Origin: the human T2T-CHM13v2.0 reference genome, Homo sapiens
Strand: one strand, 5' to 3'
NCBI RefSeq assembly: GCF_009914755.1
Contig: NC_060930.1
Length of the DNA: 64,000 bases
Shown: positions 11,280 through 26,325 of the stretch, one piece after another
Layout of the letters: each line of letters opens with the position of its first letter
Position numbering within the stretch: position 1 is the first letter of the stretch
Program-made: the position numbers and the translations under genes
Notes under the pieces: model-generated
Databases searched by the model: none
Told to the model about the DNA's origin: nothing
The model's input: the letters and a program-made list of their open reading frames with translations, nothing else

Positions 11280-12284
11280 TATATCAGGAGTCCTTCTATC
11301 TTTATGTTGCCTGCTTAATTTTATGAATCATACAAGGCAAGCCATATCACATAAATGTCCAATTCTAAGTCTCTCTGAAATTACTTTTTTTTTAACTCGG
11401 GTTTGTAAAATTTGAACAATGCTTTAAAAAGGAGAAATTCTGTCCAGAGAAGAGCCCTGACAAATTTTTGTCACTGCTAATAGTTGGACTTAATTGTCTT
11501 TAAGATAAATTTTTATATTTCAGGATGCTATTTGGACAAAAAAAATTGCTTAAATAAATTCACACTTCATAAATACAAAAAAAGGAAAAGCTTGTAAAAA
11601 ATATGAAGCCCAACACTCATTACAAATATTTGTGTATATTTTAGAAACTTCAAATTCAGTTTTGGAGATACTAATTTGGAAATACTAAATATGTGTACTA
11701 CTATCTCAACTATTATTTTAACCAAAATATCTGCATAAGAGAAAGTTAAATGGGGTATAAATTGGGGCAGGACAGTATTAAAAAAGTAAAATGATAAAGT
11801 TAATAAATAATTTTAATTCTGGTTCTGATGTTCTAGCCTCCTCAACTAGATACAAAAGAACAAATGGAAAGCTGGATAATGCCACAAAAGGGTTAACATT
11901 AGCAAGCTAGGGATGGAGGCGCTGTGCACCATCGTCATGTATTTTTCCATCTTAAGCAGCATACCACTCCTAAGTAAAAAGAATCATTTTGCTGACCCAG
12001 CTCTGAGTGTTTATACAGCGCAGAAATATGTGTCTTGGCTCATAATCCCATTCTCCTTTTAAAGAAACCCAGTAACCACAATTTTCATCCCAGAATATTA
12101 TAACAACCCAGAGAGAAAAATTTTGAACTAGTACCAAGTCAAATCCATGAGTTTAGCATGGTTTCAACAAATGCTTCAAACACATTACAGCAGAGATAAC
12201 CTAAATATAACAAAGCTTTGCAGTTCTCATTATTTATTTCCACGGTGAAACCACTGTCAGTAGACATGCAAGCTGTCCGCTTAC

Positions 12285-12356
12285 TGGTCTGCCATGATCT
12301 CCAGGTTTTCCTGGCTTCCCACTTGGTCCTGTGACTCCTGGGGAGCCTGGGCTTCC
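12285..12356 (-). CDS. COL12A1: exon 60, COL2 ([24 protein letters not shown])
   Basis: 72-nt Gly-X-Y exon, AG/GT. Confidence 0.95.
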
Positions 12357-12512
12357 CTACAACACATGGAAAGGGAAGGGGACTGTTATGACAAAGGGAA
12401 AATCCCATCTAAAGTAAATGAATACAGCCTGTTTTAAACGCGTTTAAATGAAACAACTCATAATTACACATTCAGGAAAAATAAAACCAAATTTTAAGAT
12501 AACATGAAATAG

Positions 12513-12817
<305 letters not shown>

Positions 12818-13110
12818 GATAACATGAAATAAAAAACTCTTGACAACTACAGTGCAATCCTTATGGACTATATAGTTTTAAAATATATTTTGAGACCAGT
12901 TGAAAAATACACGCATATGTATATAATCAGTTTCACAATTTAAGACTATGATCCTAGTAAATTGGTTACAAAGTGGATGTGCAGAAAGCAATTCCCTTTT
13001 TTTTTAAGTTTCCTACTACAAGACCAGACAATCTTTCAAAACACAGAGGTTGAAAATTTAGGCTGGAGAAGAATTAAGAAGGTGGCCAGTTTTGTGCTAA
13101 GTTGGGCACC

Positions 13111-13556
13111 ATGGTGGCAGAGTCTTCCCTTGTCTGCTGGGAATTGCACTCTCAGCTTAGAAATTCATTTTTCCCTTTGGAGCATTTTCCACACTTTCAT
13201 TCCCTTCCATCATGTCAGCACCCTTAACCCCACCAAAATCATAAGATTTTCTCCCTGTTGCTTTTACCACAGCTTCCAGACATTTTGGCCCTATATTTAA
13301 TAGAATGTTTATAATATGTACTGGCCAATATGTCATGTTCTAAAGCCTAAAATTTTCTTAAAATGGAATGTTCAGATTTTGTCAAGCAATCCTTTACTCC
13401 ATTAATTATGCAAATGTTAATCTCTATAGTAAATACTTAACATGAAAGTTTGCTGTGCATTTAAATCCCCCATTACCTAAAGATCTATATTTTAAACATA
13501 AATAATAAAATTATTTTAACATATGCTCTTGAGTATCCTGCCACACAGACATGGAG
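13111..13556 (+). repeat. ~440-bp direct repeat, copy 1
   Basis: colinear with 14943-15393. Confidence 0.9.
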
Positions 13557-13780
13557 GCTATCCATCACCTCAAACAATTTTACTGCGATCTCACCTGGAT
13601 GCAAGTATACAGATGCCAGTTTCAAAATCATTAGTTTCAGTATTTTCCCAATATCTTACGTTGAAGACCCTTTTAGTTGTAGATAAAACTGACTTCCTCA
13701 GAACAACTGATGGCTGTTCAATAATAAAGTTCTTGAAATTTAAATGTTATAGGCACAGATTCTTAAAATTCTGTAACAGG

Positions 13781-14181
<401 letters not shown>

Positions 14182-14417
14182 TTAGTTAGGGATTTCTTTT
14201 TCTTTTTCTCAAGTGTAACTTGATTAAACTGAAAGATTCTGTATTTTAACACGTCTGTTTTCTCTAGCACATTTTGATGTAGGTAAATAAAAACACAGTT
14301 CCCTCAATGATATACTCCACAGCACAGATGGAATGTGCTTCAAAGGCAGGTTACTAGCAAAATGAGGTGAGAGGGTGGGAGTGAAGGGCACAAAAATGAG
14401 ACACATTTAGTTCTTAC

Positions 14418-14471
14418 CGGCGGCCCTGGTGGGCCCCTGGGTCCCATTGCACCGTCTTTTCCAGTGAAGCC
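14418..14471 (-). CDS. COL12A1: exon 59, COL2 (GFTGKDGAMGPRGPPGPP)
   Basis: 54-nt Gly-X-Y exon, AG/GT. Confidence 0.95.
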
Positions 14472-14942
14472 CTATTGTAAAAATGAAAGTAATTACAGTT
14501 AGGGAGGTCATAAGCAAGTGAAAAGAAAAGATGCTAAACAGGTTGCTAAAGCTGAAGGCTGAAGAGAAGGATTTAGCCCAACATGCTGTTTGGGAGGTAA
14601 GCTTTCAATAAAAAGACAAACAGCAAAAAAAATAAAATTAAAAAATTAAAAAATCTTTTCAGTTTAACTTATGCCTTTTACTGAATAATTAATTTCTATG
14701 CTCATTCACTTGTATAGTTATAAATAAAACAATTTTAAGAGCCAAACTAATCTTCTCCCAGGAAGGCAGATTCCCTTCATGAAGATATTATTTTTTGTTT
14801 TTGTAATAGCATAAAGAAGTCTAAAGGAAGATTTACCCATTCTATGGAAAAGTCAATGTCCACAGGCTGGCCCAGGAAGGATGCAGGTGAGAGGAAAGGA
14901 AAGTTACTGAGAAAAGCAAGCGGTATCATAAAAGATGATACT

Positions 14943-15393
14943 ATGGTGGCAGAGTCTTCCTTTGTCTGCTGGGAATTGGACTCTCAGCTTAGAAATTCAT
15001 TTTTCCCTTTGGTGCGTTCTCTGCACCTTCATTCTCTTCCATCATATCAGCACCCTTTAGCCCCAAAAAAACAATAAGAATTTCTCCCTATTGCTTTTAC
15101 CACAGCTTCCAGATATTTTAACCATATATTTAATAGAATATTTATAATATGTACTGGTCAATACATCATGTTCTAAAGCCTAAAATTTCCTTAAGATGGA
15201 ATCATCAAATTTTATAAAACATTCCTTTACCAAATATGCAAATATTAAGCTCTGTAGTAAATACTTAACATGAAAGTTTACTACACATTTAAATTCGCCC
15301 TTATCTAAGAATATACATTAAACATAAATAATAAAATTATTTTAACACATGCTCTCAAGTCTTCATACCCTGCCATACATACAGACATAGAGA
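14943..15393 (+). repeat. ~440-bp direct repeat, copy 2
   Basis: colinear with 13111-13556. Confidence 0.9.
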
Positions 15394-15536
15394 AGTCTAT
15401 ATGGAAAATCCTGACCACCTAATTAGAAAACTCCCTTCCTCATTTCCTGAGCAACTGTCAGACAGTTAGAGCAGGACTATTTATGTCTCCACTCCTGGTG
15501 AATTTCTTTCTTCCTCTCCCAAAAGAGGCAAAGCTG

Positions 15537-15832
<296 letters not shown>

Positions 15833-18764
15833 CAGAGGCAAAGCTGTCTTAACTGCCCTCCACTCAAAAGAGAGGAAATCCTCAATCCTGATAATAAGCA
15901 GTTAATTTTTGTAGTGCTCTGTCTCTCTTCAATACACACAAAGGCCAGAACTGCCTAAGCATCAGTTCACCAGGCAGGAACAGAGCACATCTCCCCACAG
16001 GCTTGATCTCTGGCTCGTGCGCCCACATTTATATGTTATTTTTTCTCTCTCTCTGTACAGTGCCAAATGACCTCTGCCTGGAATGAGTCATCCTGCTACC
16101 CAGTTAGCATTCACTCGCAACAGCAGATCTCTGAAATCCAGCCGAGGATTTCTGAGTCAGGTCATTTTTTAGAGTTGTTGCATTCCTCTGTCAGAGATTT
16201 TTGTCTCATTTTCCGCAGAGAATGAAAGTAATCATTTCATCCATATTCTTGGATTTTCACAAAAGTTGACCATTTGGAGCTCTTCCTGAATTAACTATCC
16301 ACACTTTTTATTAGTACATTGACTTTACCATAGAAGTTTAAATTATTCTTTTTACATTTGTTGGAAATATTCCACTTCCCCAAAAAAAAACTTTTTCCAG
16401 AAACTTTTAGGGATAAGATTTCAGATTGTTTTCCGGAAGATCTAGGCCTGATTAACAAAAAACAGATCCTAAGCCTATCTGATGTAACACCAATATCACT
16501 TCTAAGGGCCACTTAAGAAAAAAATTCCCTATAATATTGCTTGGACAATTTGAATAAAATTTCTTCCACCCAAGTTTCTCCAACTACTATATAGGATGTT
16601 CTTTTTCATTTTTTATCGTAAATATTGTATTTCTAAATAATTAATCCTCCTTTAGTCAGTCTAAGAACTTTCTGATCAACCATTTCCTTTTAGAGGAAAT
16701 ATATTCGTAAATTGGAGTGAAGAAGATTTATTATGAAGTACTCAAAAAGGCTACCCACTATGCCATCTGCAGAACTTTGTGCCACAATTTTATTTTATTC
16801 TTCATTTTTTGCTGCAAGCCACAGCAGTTATTTCCACTTCTAACCAAGTGAGGGGGCTGAGAAGACTGATGGCCATTTTCATAGATACACATGTACAGAT
16901 ACCTGTATATGTGGTTCTTTTTTTACTTTCTAATAGCCACCAGCACTGTGCCTCATTTCAAAAATCGTCTCTGCTGAAGACAATCTCTGTATCTTGTTTC
17001 TCCCTACTTGATCCTGCTAACAAGTCTTCATTCCTCACCACAACCCTTGGCCTTGATCTCTTGTGCTTCCTTCTCTTCACTTCCACCACTGAGTTCACGT
17101 TTTGTTTTGTTTTGTTTCAGCTGAGATTCCCATACTCAAAGTCTCTCTAATGTTCTAAAATTGTTGATACCCCACCAGCTATGCACCCTCCTTTTTGCAT
17201 TAGTGGTAGTTTACTAAGCAGTAGGTAGGTACACAGGCTGTGAAGGAAAAGGGAGAACAGTTTCCTGAAAAGTTCTCTTGCCCTCATCCCAGGGTGGCCT
17301 CACCACAAAGCTGGACACAGATTAGAATTTGAGAATGGAAGAGCACAGTCCCTTCCAGTCCCTTACTTTTCAGGGATGCAATTATGCTGCCTGATGGTGA
17401 TGGCTGTCTGAGCACCAGTCCAGAAAGATAGTCCTGCTGGGAAGTGTGCTAGGGAACCCGCTGTGTGTCTGCATGAAGCCCACATTGGGGTGGATGTGAT
17501 GGAAACAAGGCTTCGGTCGTAGCAGCAGCAAGCAAGTCAGCCCATTGCCACTTCTCAGCTGCAATATTCTGGGGTTTATTTTCTAATAAAGAAGACTGAC
17601 TTGTCACCCATGTACTCTCACTGTTGTCCTTTACTGTAAAATAAGAATTCAAAAAAAAACCTAAAGTGCCAGTCTCAAAAGAGTCAGAAGATGTGTATGT
17701 CAGAACTACCTCCACATCCCATATCCCAGAAAATACAGTTTTCTCTTTGACCTCTCTCTTTTCTCTCCCCGAAACTCAAAAGGAGGCATGGGAACAAATA
17801 AAGTTCACTGGCATATCATCTACCATTTTGTATTATCTTAGGGCAAATCTTTGCTCCCTCTGAATGGCCTACCTCTCTGCCCAATGGTGTCTTGGAGGTG
17901 TTAAGGTTGATAGATTTATGTTTAGTGACAGCTGTTATAGTACTGGCTTCCTCAGATCCTGCTGCTAGTCATATATTTTAACTTGATTGATTAATCAAAA
18001 TACAAACTACTCTCAGACTATTATTGGAACCATAAGATGCTGAAAAGTCATTAGTTCCTTTGTTCTGAGAAACTCTTAAAATTTCTGGGTTCTTTTTATT
18101 AAAGCATTTGTGGTCTCCTATGGAACCAAATATTTCACATTATTGATGAACAGAACATAGAGGTCATGTTCACCATGCTTCTTATTAACTTATCCTAGAG
18201 AAGACTGGGTTTCCTGTACTGCTTTCATGCTAAGTCAAGACCAAACCTGAAAGCTGCTACCAACAGGCAAATTCCCTACTAAATACCAGCTGTCTACCCC
18301 ACCATCAAGGCCTAGAAGTGGTATTTGAGTTCTAAAGGTGTAGACAGGATGTCTTGAGTTTGTAGAAAGTGCTATGGGAGTCAAGGCTACCCTCATGGTT
18401 ACAGAAAAGCTGCCTCACAACTAAGATTTTAATTTTAAGATTTAAAACAATTTGCTGAGATTCTTGAATCTCTTTTTAATCAGCTAAAATTCCTTTTCTG
18501 GACTTCTTTTTATGAATATGATATGGTAAGAAATTTTCTGAAAATTAAAATTTCAAAGACTCCCCTGGAGTCCCACCACTTTATTTCAAAGACCTTGAGA
18601 TTGATCTGATGTTGGATGGTCCACTGACATTAGCTTTGCAGCTTTGCAGCTTTCCACAAGATATATTACCAGCCTTGCAAACTGGATTTTGAAGGGTTCT
18701 TAATTAATAGGCAACCATATGACATCATTTCCAACATCATTGTAGCCTGCTCAAGAAAACTTAC

Positions 18765-18818
18765 TCTGTCTCCTGGAGGTCCCATTGGTCCTGGTGGGCC
18801 AGGTAATCCTGGGGTTCC
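18765..18818 (-). CDS. COL12A1: exon 58, COL2 ([18 protein letters not shown])
   Basis: 54-nt Gly-X-Y exon, AG/GT. Confidence 0.95.
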
Positions 18819-19163
18819 CTGCACAGAAGGAAACAAACAAGTGAAACATTATAATATACTTCCTGTGTGGGAGAGAATCTTTGTTATTTTCCAAATTTTT
18901 TTTTTAATTCCAGAGACTCTGAATAGAAACAGGAGAACAGAGCCAAGCACATTGCCAAGCATACAGTAGATGCTCAGTCAACAAGCAGATACCTGAATTG
19001 AATAGCACCAACTTGAAGGTTAAGACCAGGGTATGAAATGGAAATGAGGTGAAACACATATCCAGGCTTCTGCTTTGCTACTTAATCTGGGTTCACCTTT
19101 TGAGGCACTAGAAAAGGAAATTTTCAAATAGCACATGACAGGGCAACTTAGAGACCAACTCAC

Positions 19164-19217
19164 TGTTCGGCCTGGAAGTCCTGGCTCTCCAGCATCACCT
19201 TTCATCCCTTGGCGACC
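19164..19217 (-). CDS. COL12A1: exon 57, COL2 (GRQGMKGDAGEPGLPGRT)
   Basis: 54-nt Gly-X-Y exon, AG/GT. Confidence 0.95.
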
Positions 19218-19761
19218 CTAGAGTGAGCAATGGGAAAACAGTTCTCAGGCGTTTCACAGAGATTAAGCAAAAAAGGAAGACATGAGTCACTTATGAAATC
19301 TTCATCACTTCATAAATCCAGTGTAAGCATTCAGAATGAGCACAGAAGGGTATTTTTGAAAGGAGATGAATAAACCTTTTTTGAATTAATGCTCACTCTT
19401 TAAACTACAAATGCTGTGTTATAATTTCTACTTACAATGTTATGGGGTAATTTTATATAATTATGGGATATTATACCTACCTTAAAAGAATATAGTTTAA
19501 CATAGGGGATATCTACTTTACTTATAAGAAAATGTTTAATAAAGTCAAATAAGTAGCAGTAATTTTTTCTACACAGTTTTATATTATTACATAGTCTATT
19601 TACGTATCTAAAATAACAGTCATCATAGAGGCTGCTATCTCGGTGACTAACCTCGTTGAATTATCTGAGAAAACATTTGATTTGGCAAAATGTAGAAAAG
19701 ATTCATTTAACTAAATGTTTATCCACCACTCTCATTTAATACAGAAAGGCTTTGTGCTTAC

Positions 19762-19857
19762 TTGCTCTCCCGGAATAGAGAGTCCATTGGGTCCCTGAGG
19801 GCCTGGAGGACCCTGGGGGCCTGGAGGACCTATGTCTCCACGAGGACCAGGGGGCCC
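19762..19857 (-). CDS. COL12A1: exon 56, COL2 with helix imperfection (GPPGPRGDI...GLSIPGEQ)
   Basis: 96 nt, AG/GT, phase 0-0. Confidence 0.95.
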
Positions 19858-20921
19858 CTAAAATACACAAGAGAGAGACAACCACAAAGTAATGTAATAC
19901 CTTTTCAGTGCTGACATTTAGTCAGACACTTGTCATCATAACTCTAAGACATCAATCATATAATCTTTGTAAACTTTTAAGAATCTACATCTATGAATAT
20001 ATTCATTAATGTAATTTCTTCCCTTTACTATTGAAAAGTACGATAAATTTACAAGAACACTTACATTTCCATAAAAGTCCTATTAGAAATAGATTTTTTA
20101 AATAAAATACATTGCATATAATATATTCATATATTAATTTTCATAGATTTATATGAGATTAAATGCTTAAGTTTCACTGGATTTGATTTATTTTAAGCTA
20201 GTCCTCATTTCTCTTAGACTTCAGCTTATTTCTGGGACTAAAGGATATATAAATCAAGCAAGGAAAGAAAAGATGCCCATGGATGAGGTGCCCTGTGCTG
20301 GAGCTCTTTTACAATCTGTCTAGATGGAAAAGGCACAACCTTGGCATCAGGCCTGGGTTAGCATCCTAATCTTGCCCTTTCCTAATGGGGTTATTTTATC
20401 ATTAATTATATTATGACCAAAAACTACACATTATCTTCATAAAATATTCCCCTGAGAAGCTTGAGTTGTCTTACAGAAAACCAGTGTGGAGCTGGCAGAA
20501 GGGGCAGGTGACCCCTTGTGAGCACATACGCAGCCACTCAGCATTTTTTTTCTGAGACTGGTGAAAAAAGCAGCAGCAGTACTGCTCCCAACAGGCTCCA
20601 GCTCTCTAGCGGGTCTCTGCTCCCTGTGGGGTGTGGGTACCCCCTCTGCTTCCCCATGTTCTGGCCAAGGCCTTAAAGATCTTCTGCAGCTTCCCCATGT
20701 GTAATTGTTACAGCTATGACATGCATCCTATGCATTTCTTTCTCTGGCTAGTCTAATCCATCATTATGACATCCAGAGATAAGACAGAGGTAATTATATT
20801 ACCTGAGGCACACTGAACCTGAGCTGACTTGCTCAAGATCACATACCCCCTTTGTGAAAATTTGAACAACCAGATTTCAACATATAGATAAGAATTTAAA
20901 TGCACTCTAAAATATACTTAC

Positions 20922-20975
20922 AATTGCCCCACTGATACCTCTTTCACCTCTGGGACCTTTAGCACCAGGTCCTCC
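20922..20975 (-). CDS. COL12A1: exon 55, COL2 (GGPGAKGPRGERGISGAI)
   Basis: 54-nt Gly-X-Y exon, AG/GT. Confidence 0.95.
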
Positions 20976-22370
20976 CTAAAATACATAGAGCACATAGTAG
21001 TGTGAACATAGGAAAATAGGAGGAAGTTGATATACAAAAAGTCCTTCAAGAAAAAGTGCAATTTCCAGACAATTATTATTCTACAGCTGCTTGCAAAATA
21101 CTGAAGCAAATATTTCATGTCATACAAATATGCGAGGCAAGAGAATTTCAAAACTTTGTACATTCTGAGTGTCTTTAATTATATTTCAAATTTCAAATTT
21201 TCATTTGAAAATTTGAGGTTTATTGGGAAAAGCAAACATTATACTACTTGTGTACAATAAAGAGAAAAATGAGCTTTGGATTTATGTGAATTACATTCCT
21301 TGGGGAAAATGATGGGCAAAAAGAAGAGTATCTTAAATCGCTCAGAGTATTAGAACATGTACTTAACAGGAATTCAGAAACAACTGAACAAAGAGGAAAT
21401 AAATATCACAGTGACATTCAAGCATGTTACCTCACTACTACAGGGGAAAAAATCCCAACATCTCAAAAACATCTAAGTCACATCCAGGACATAATTTCAT
21501 GATTATAAATATAAATCACTGTTACTAGAAAAAAAGAATGGTAACCCCAGTGACATTTTGATTCTATATATGAGGAGCTGGCTTGTAATTAACCTAAAAT
21601 CGGTCTACATTATTTGCTATGACCCAAGAATAGTAAATTTTCATGTTCTGTGAATCCCTGAGCTCCTCCTGTGTTAATTACATATTTTCTTAAAAGAAGC
21701 CAAGGGAGATTAGAGCTATCCTCAAAACTGGCCCAGATCAGATACTGGATCGACTAACTCAAGGGGTTTCACATTGATCAATGAACTCTATCACTGCAAT
21801 CTTCAATGTTTTGCCTTGCACTTTCTTGGTTTTCCCTCCCAACCAATGCATAAATCTGGTCATAGTCTTCTCACTCAAGTTATTCCAAACCCAGAGTTTA
21901 TGATATCACATGTGTAAATTACCCTCTCTATATGTTATTCTCATGATATGTCTGCTACATAAGATGCACATGTTCTAGGTTCTCAACAAGTTGTTCTTGG
22001 GTCAGCCTCTCAGCTGTGGCTTTATACCAAACATATAAGAAGCTTTCAGGAGACGTAAGGAATTTTCAGTCATGTAATTACAGATGGAAATCCAGGTTCA
22101 TATCTTTAAGAAAAAATCTCCTAAAGACTAGCCAATATTATCATTCTTGCACGGCTGAAGAAATATGTCAAATGCCACAATCAAATATTCTTCCCGATTT
22201 ACTCCATTTCAGATGTCCAAATATACTAAAAAGATGGTCTGCAATTTAGCTTGCTCTATCCTAGAAAACCTGGATGAATTGAAGTATTTTACTGACTCCA
22301 TATTGGCAAATAGATAATCACTCTAAAGATTTCAAAGGAAAAACCAGAGGATCTATTTCAATTTCCTTAC

Positions 22371-22457
22371 TGCAGGGCCTGGAGGTCCTGGAGGTCCAAC
22401 GCTGTCCTGTGTACATGTGCAAGAATTTGGAAAAGCAGGGCATTTTCCCTCATCTCT
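22371..22457 (-). CDS. COL12A1: exon 54, NC3/COL2 junction ([29 protein letters not shown])
   Basis: AG/GT bounded, 87 nt, phase 0-0. Confidence 0.95.
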
Positions 22458-23583
22458 CTGAAATTTTGAAAAGAATATTTACCTTTAAATTTAGAGGAAA
22501 AAAATGACTTCCCATCCCCACCCCCACTTACATGCACAAGGAAGTCTGTTTCCCAACTTAAAGAAATAATTTTAATTATCATTATGAATAGTCTTATGTT
22601 GAAACTTGCTGTGCTCCTTTATGTCTTTATTTTATGCATTACGTTAGGAAACCTCACTGACAAAGAAATGTTTACAAGACCACTGAGATCTCTGGTAATT
22701 TAATCCAATTTCCTCTAATCCAGTGTTAGAGACTTGTTGTGTACCTCAAATATCAATTCCCATCTGGAAAAAAATCCAAAATTCTTTCCTCTTTCTCCAT
22801 TATCCACATTGTTTTGTCCTTCACTTCATTCAGGTCTCTGCTTAAATCTCCCCTTATCACTGAGGGCTGCTACTACCTACCATCACTGTCTGTCCCTTTG
22901 CCCTGATTTGTTATGCATCCTAGGACTTTCACTCAATAATATAGTATATATGTCCTTATTAATTCTTTCTCTCCCAGTGCCTTTCACTGGAATACTCACT
23001 TTTTACTGGCTTAACACAAGCACACAGATTGGTGCCTAGCGTATAATAGGTGCTCAATAAATATTTGCTGAATAAATAATGCACACTCTTCCTGTGGATG
23101 TATGTGGGTCTTTGCTGGCCAAAAGCTTCAAATCCATCACCAACGTTCAACTTTGTAACTATTACCACCTACATAGATACTATTAAAGAAAAGTCATCAT
23201 CTCAAAAAGAAATAATATGGTTATTTCTACCATCTAAAAAACCTTAGTCATCCAGAAAGGTGCTGGCTTGTTTTGTAAAATGCTGATACTTTACAAGCAA
23301 TAAGAGGGCTTTACAGTAAGTGGTCTTATCAAACACATTAACTCAGCAGGACTTTTCTCTTAGGGAGAAGTCCCAGAAACAGTCTGTGTATTACCAGCTT
23401 GTGAGGGAGGGATCACACAGGCACTGGCTTTTCTGTAGTAGCTGGTGAGCACCCACACATTGCGTGTCTTTTAGCTCCATCCTGAATATACAACTGTGCA
23501 GTGCTACTTCCTCTCCCAGGCACAAGGGTTTATTACTGGGGGACTGTTAAAGCCATGGCAGAATTCAATTCTGTTTTACTTAC

Positions 23584-23661
23584 CCTAGAGGGAATATCAC
23601 AGCATCTGTCTCTACTGGTCCACACTGGACTGCAGACAATGTCAAAACTCTGGATTTGGAA
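23584..23661 (-). CDS. COL12A1: exon 53, end of TSPN ([26 protein letters not shown])
   Basis: AG/GT bounded, 78 nt, phase 0-0. Confidence 0.95.
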
Positions 23662-23820
23662 CTGCAAACAACCAACAGCAACATCAGCTAAAGATGCATG
23701 AAAAACATTTTATATTGGCACTTCCACATTTTAACATTGCCAACTTCTCACACATACTCTCTCAAGGGTGTGAGCCATTGAGAGCAATGTGATCCTTACT
23801 TCATGAGGAAAGACCATGAA

Positions 23821-24003
23821 AACATATGCCTACGAGAAAGAGATAGAAAAGTGAAACATGTATGTGAGATTCCCACTCCTGATTCACTTCTTTGGCCAAA
23901 ATGCATGTTTGAACATATGTCTACGAGAAAGAGATAGAAAAGTGAAAGGTGTATGTGAGATTCCCACTCTTGATTCACCTCTTTGGCTGAAATGCAATGT
24001 TTG
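23821..24003. repeat. tandem duplication, 2 x ~91 bp
   Basis: aacatatg.ctacgagaaagagatagaaaagtgaaa...aatgca.tgtttg occurs twice. Confidence 0.92.
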
Positions 24004-24008
24004 AGTGA

Positions 24009-24349
<341 letters not shown>

Positions 24350-24422
24350 TTGTGTTATTTTTTAAGAGAATATTAATTTCTATAATTAAATGAATTTGAA
24401 GCCCACACACATTTCAATCAAA

Positions 24423-24756
<334 letters not shown>

Positions 24757-25228
24757 TAGAAAAGTAACATTAAAGTAAATTAAAGAAACAAGTCTTCACT
24801 TATTCTACAATTGATGCTCTTCTTTTTAGAAATTATTACCAAGTGCTTGACCAATAACTTTTCTGATATCCTCAACTATTTCAAGATAGCATATATTTTA
24901 TATCTTTCTATAGTTTAAAAATAAACCACTTTTGATAAAAAGTAAAAAGTTGTTTAGACAATGTTATTATTTTAAAAACCTGATGTAATTGTTATACTTA
25001 AATATCAGATTCAATATTCAACAGAAGGTTTGGATTTTAATCAAAATTCTATTACATTTGAACTAATTGTTTCTATATTGTGGAATAAAAATTTTCCTTT
25101 TGAATCTAGAAGAAAATCCTGTCCATGGAAGAAAGCTAAATTAAATAAATAAAGCCATTTTTAAAATAATAACTATAGAAGCCAAACAGGCTAGCTTTGC
25201 TTTTAGGACAATAGGTCTATTGATTGAC

Positions 25229-25544
25229 ATTGATTGATTGATTGATTGATTGATTGAGACAGGGTCTCAGTCTGTCACCCAGGCTGGAGTGCAGTGATGC
25301 CATCATAGCTCTCTGCAGCTGAAAATTCCTAGGCTCTAGCAGTCTTCCCACCTCAGCCTCCCAAGTTGCTAGGAATACAGGCACATGCCACCACACTCAG
25401 CTGATTGGTTTTTTTTTTTCTTTTTTATAGAGACAGGGTCTCACTATGTTGCCTAGGCTAATCTTGAACTCCTGGCCTTAAGTAATTCTCCTTCCTTGGC
25501 CTCTGAAAATGCTGGGATTATAGGCATGAGCAATGGTGCCTGGC
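25229..25544 (-). mobile_element. AluJ with (ATTG)n tail
   Basis: reverse-complement diverged Alu; TSD ttgattgacatt. Confidence 0.88.
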
Positions 25545-26175
25545 TTTGATTGACATTTAATATGAATTTAATTAACTTGGTATGATGACAACTTTAGATT
25601 TAAATTTTCCCTATTAGATAGCATTGTAAATGGGGTTGGCACGCTCCTGCCTCAAACCTGAGATAGTGAAAGTTGTGAGTAATGGGGTCAGCTGGCTGCC
25701 CTACTCCACTGATCCTTTTGATACAGGCAGCCGAATGGCTCCTCTGTGAGCAAATGTGGGCTCTGGTGAAAGTTGCAACTAGTGTCCCCAAATGCTTAAT
25801 ATCCTGATTGTACAAATCTGTATTAACAATTATTGCTGAAGAACAAAATAGGAACTATTTTCTATTTCACTGGGTATGTTGGCAACTCTTTGTGTGGTGT
25901 TCTCCAATTTGATCCTGTTTCAAAATGACTACATGGTGTTCCCTGGTGCCTTGACATCTTATTTTGTTTCTAGCAAGTAGTTAAAGCACATTATTATGTT
26001 CTGTGGACATATTTTCTCAATGTACTTCTTCCAATGTTTTGATCTGACCAAGAAATTTGACAACTTAAAACTCACTGAGAAAAATAGAATAAAATAAAAC
26101 TCAAGGAGTTGTTTAGAAAAATGCCATTTCAATCTTAACACAAGGTACCAAGAGAAATAAAAATGTGTTACTCAC

Positions 26176-26325
26176 TGCGGCTGATTTCCTTTCCCCTTTA
26201 AGGAGTTTTCCAAGAATTTCATAACCATCAGTTGTTATATTTCCAGCTTCCTTGATGTCTTTTTCTATAATTTCATAGCAGTCAATGTAAATCTTAACAC
26301 TTTTTGAGGTCACTACAATATGAAC
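26176..26325 (-). CDS. COL12A1: exon 52, TSPN ([11 protein letters not shown]...RKSAA)
   Basis: AG/GT bounded, 150 nt, phase 0-0. Confidence 0.95.

Noticed and set aside
19245-19308. GTGATGA...CTGA C/D-like pair on the minus strand (similar one at 36997-37085)
   Set aside because: No convincing terminal stem; the first overlaps the exon 57 branch-point region
21193-21216. AT-rich inverted repeat (also 55871-55892)
   Set aside because: Low-complexity AT-rich stems are expected by chance
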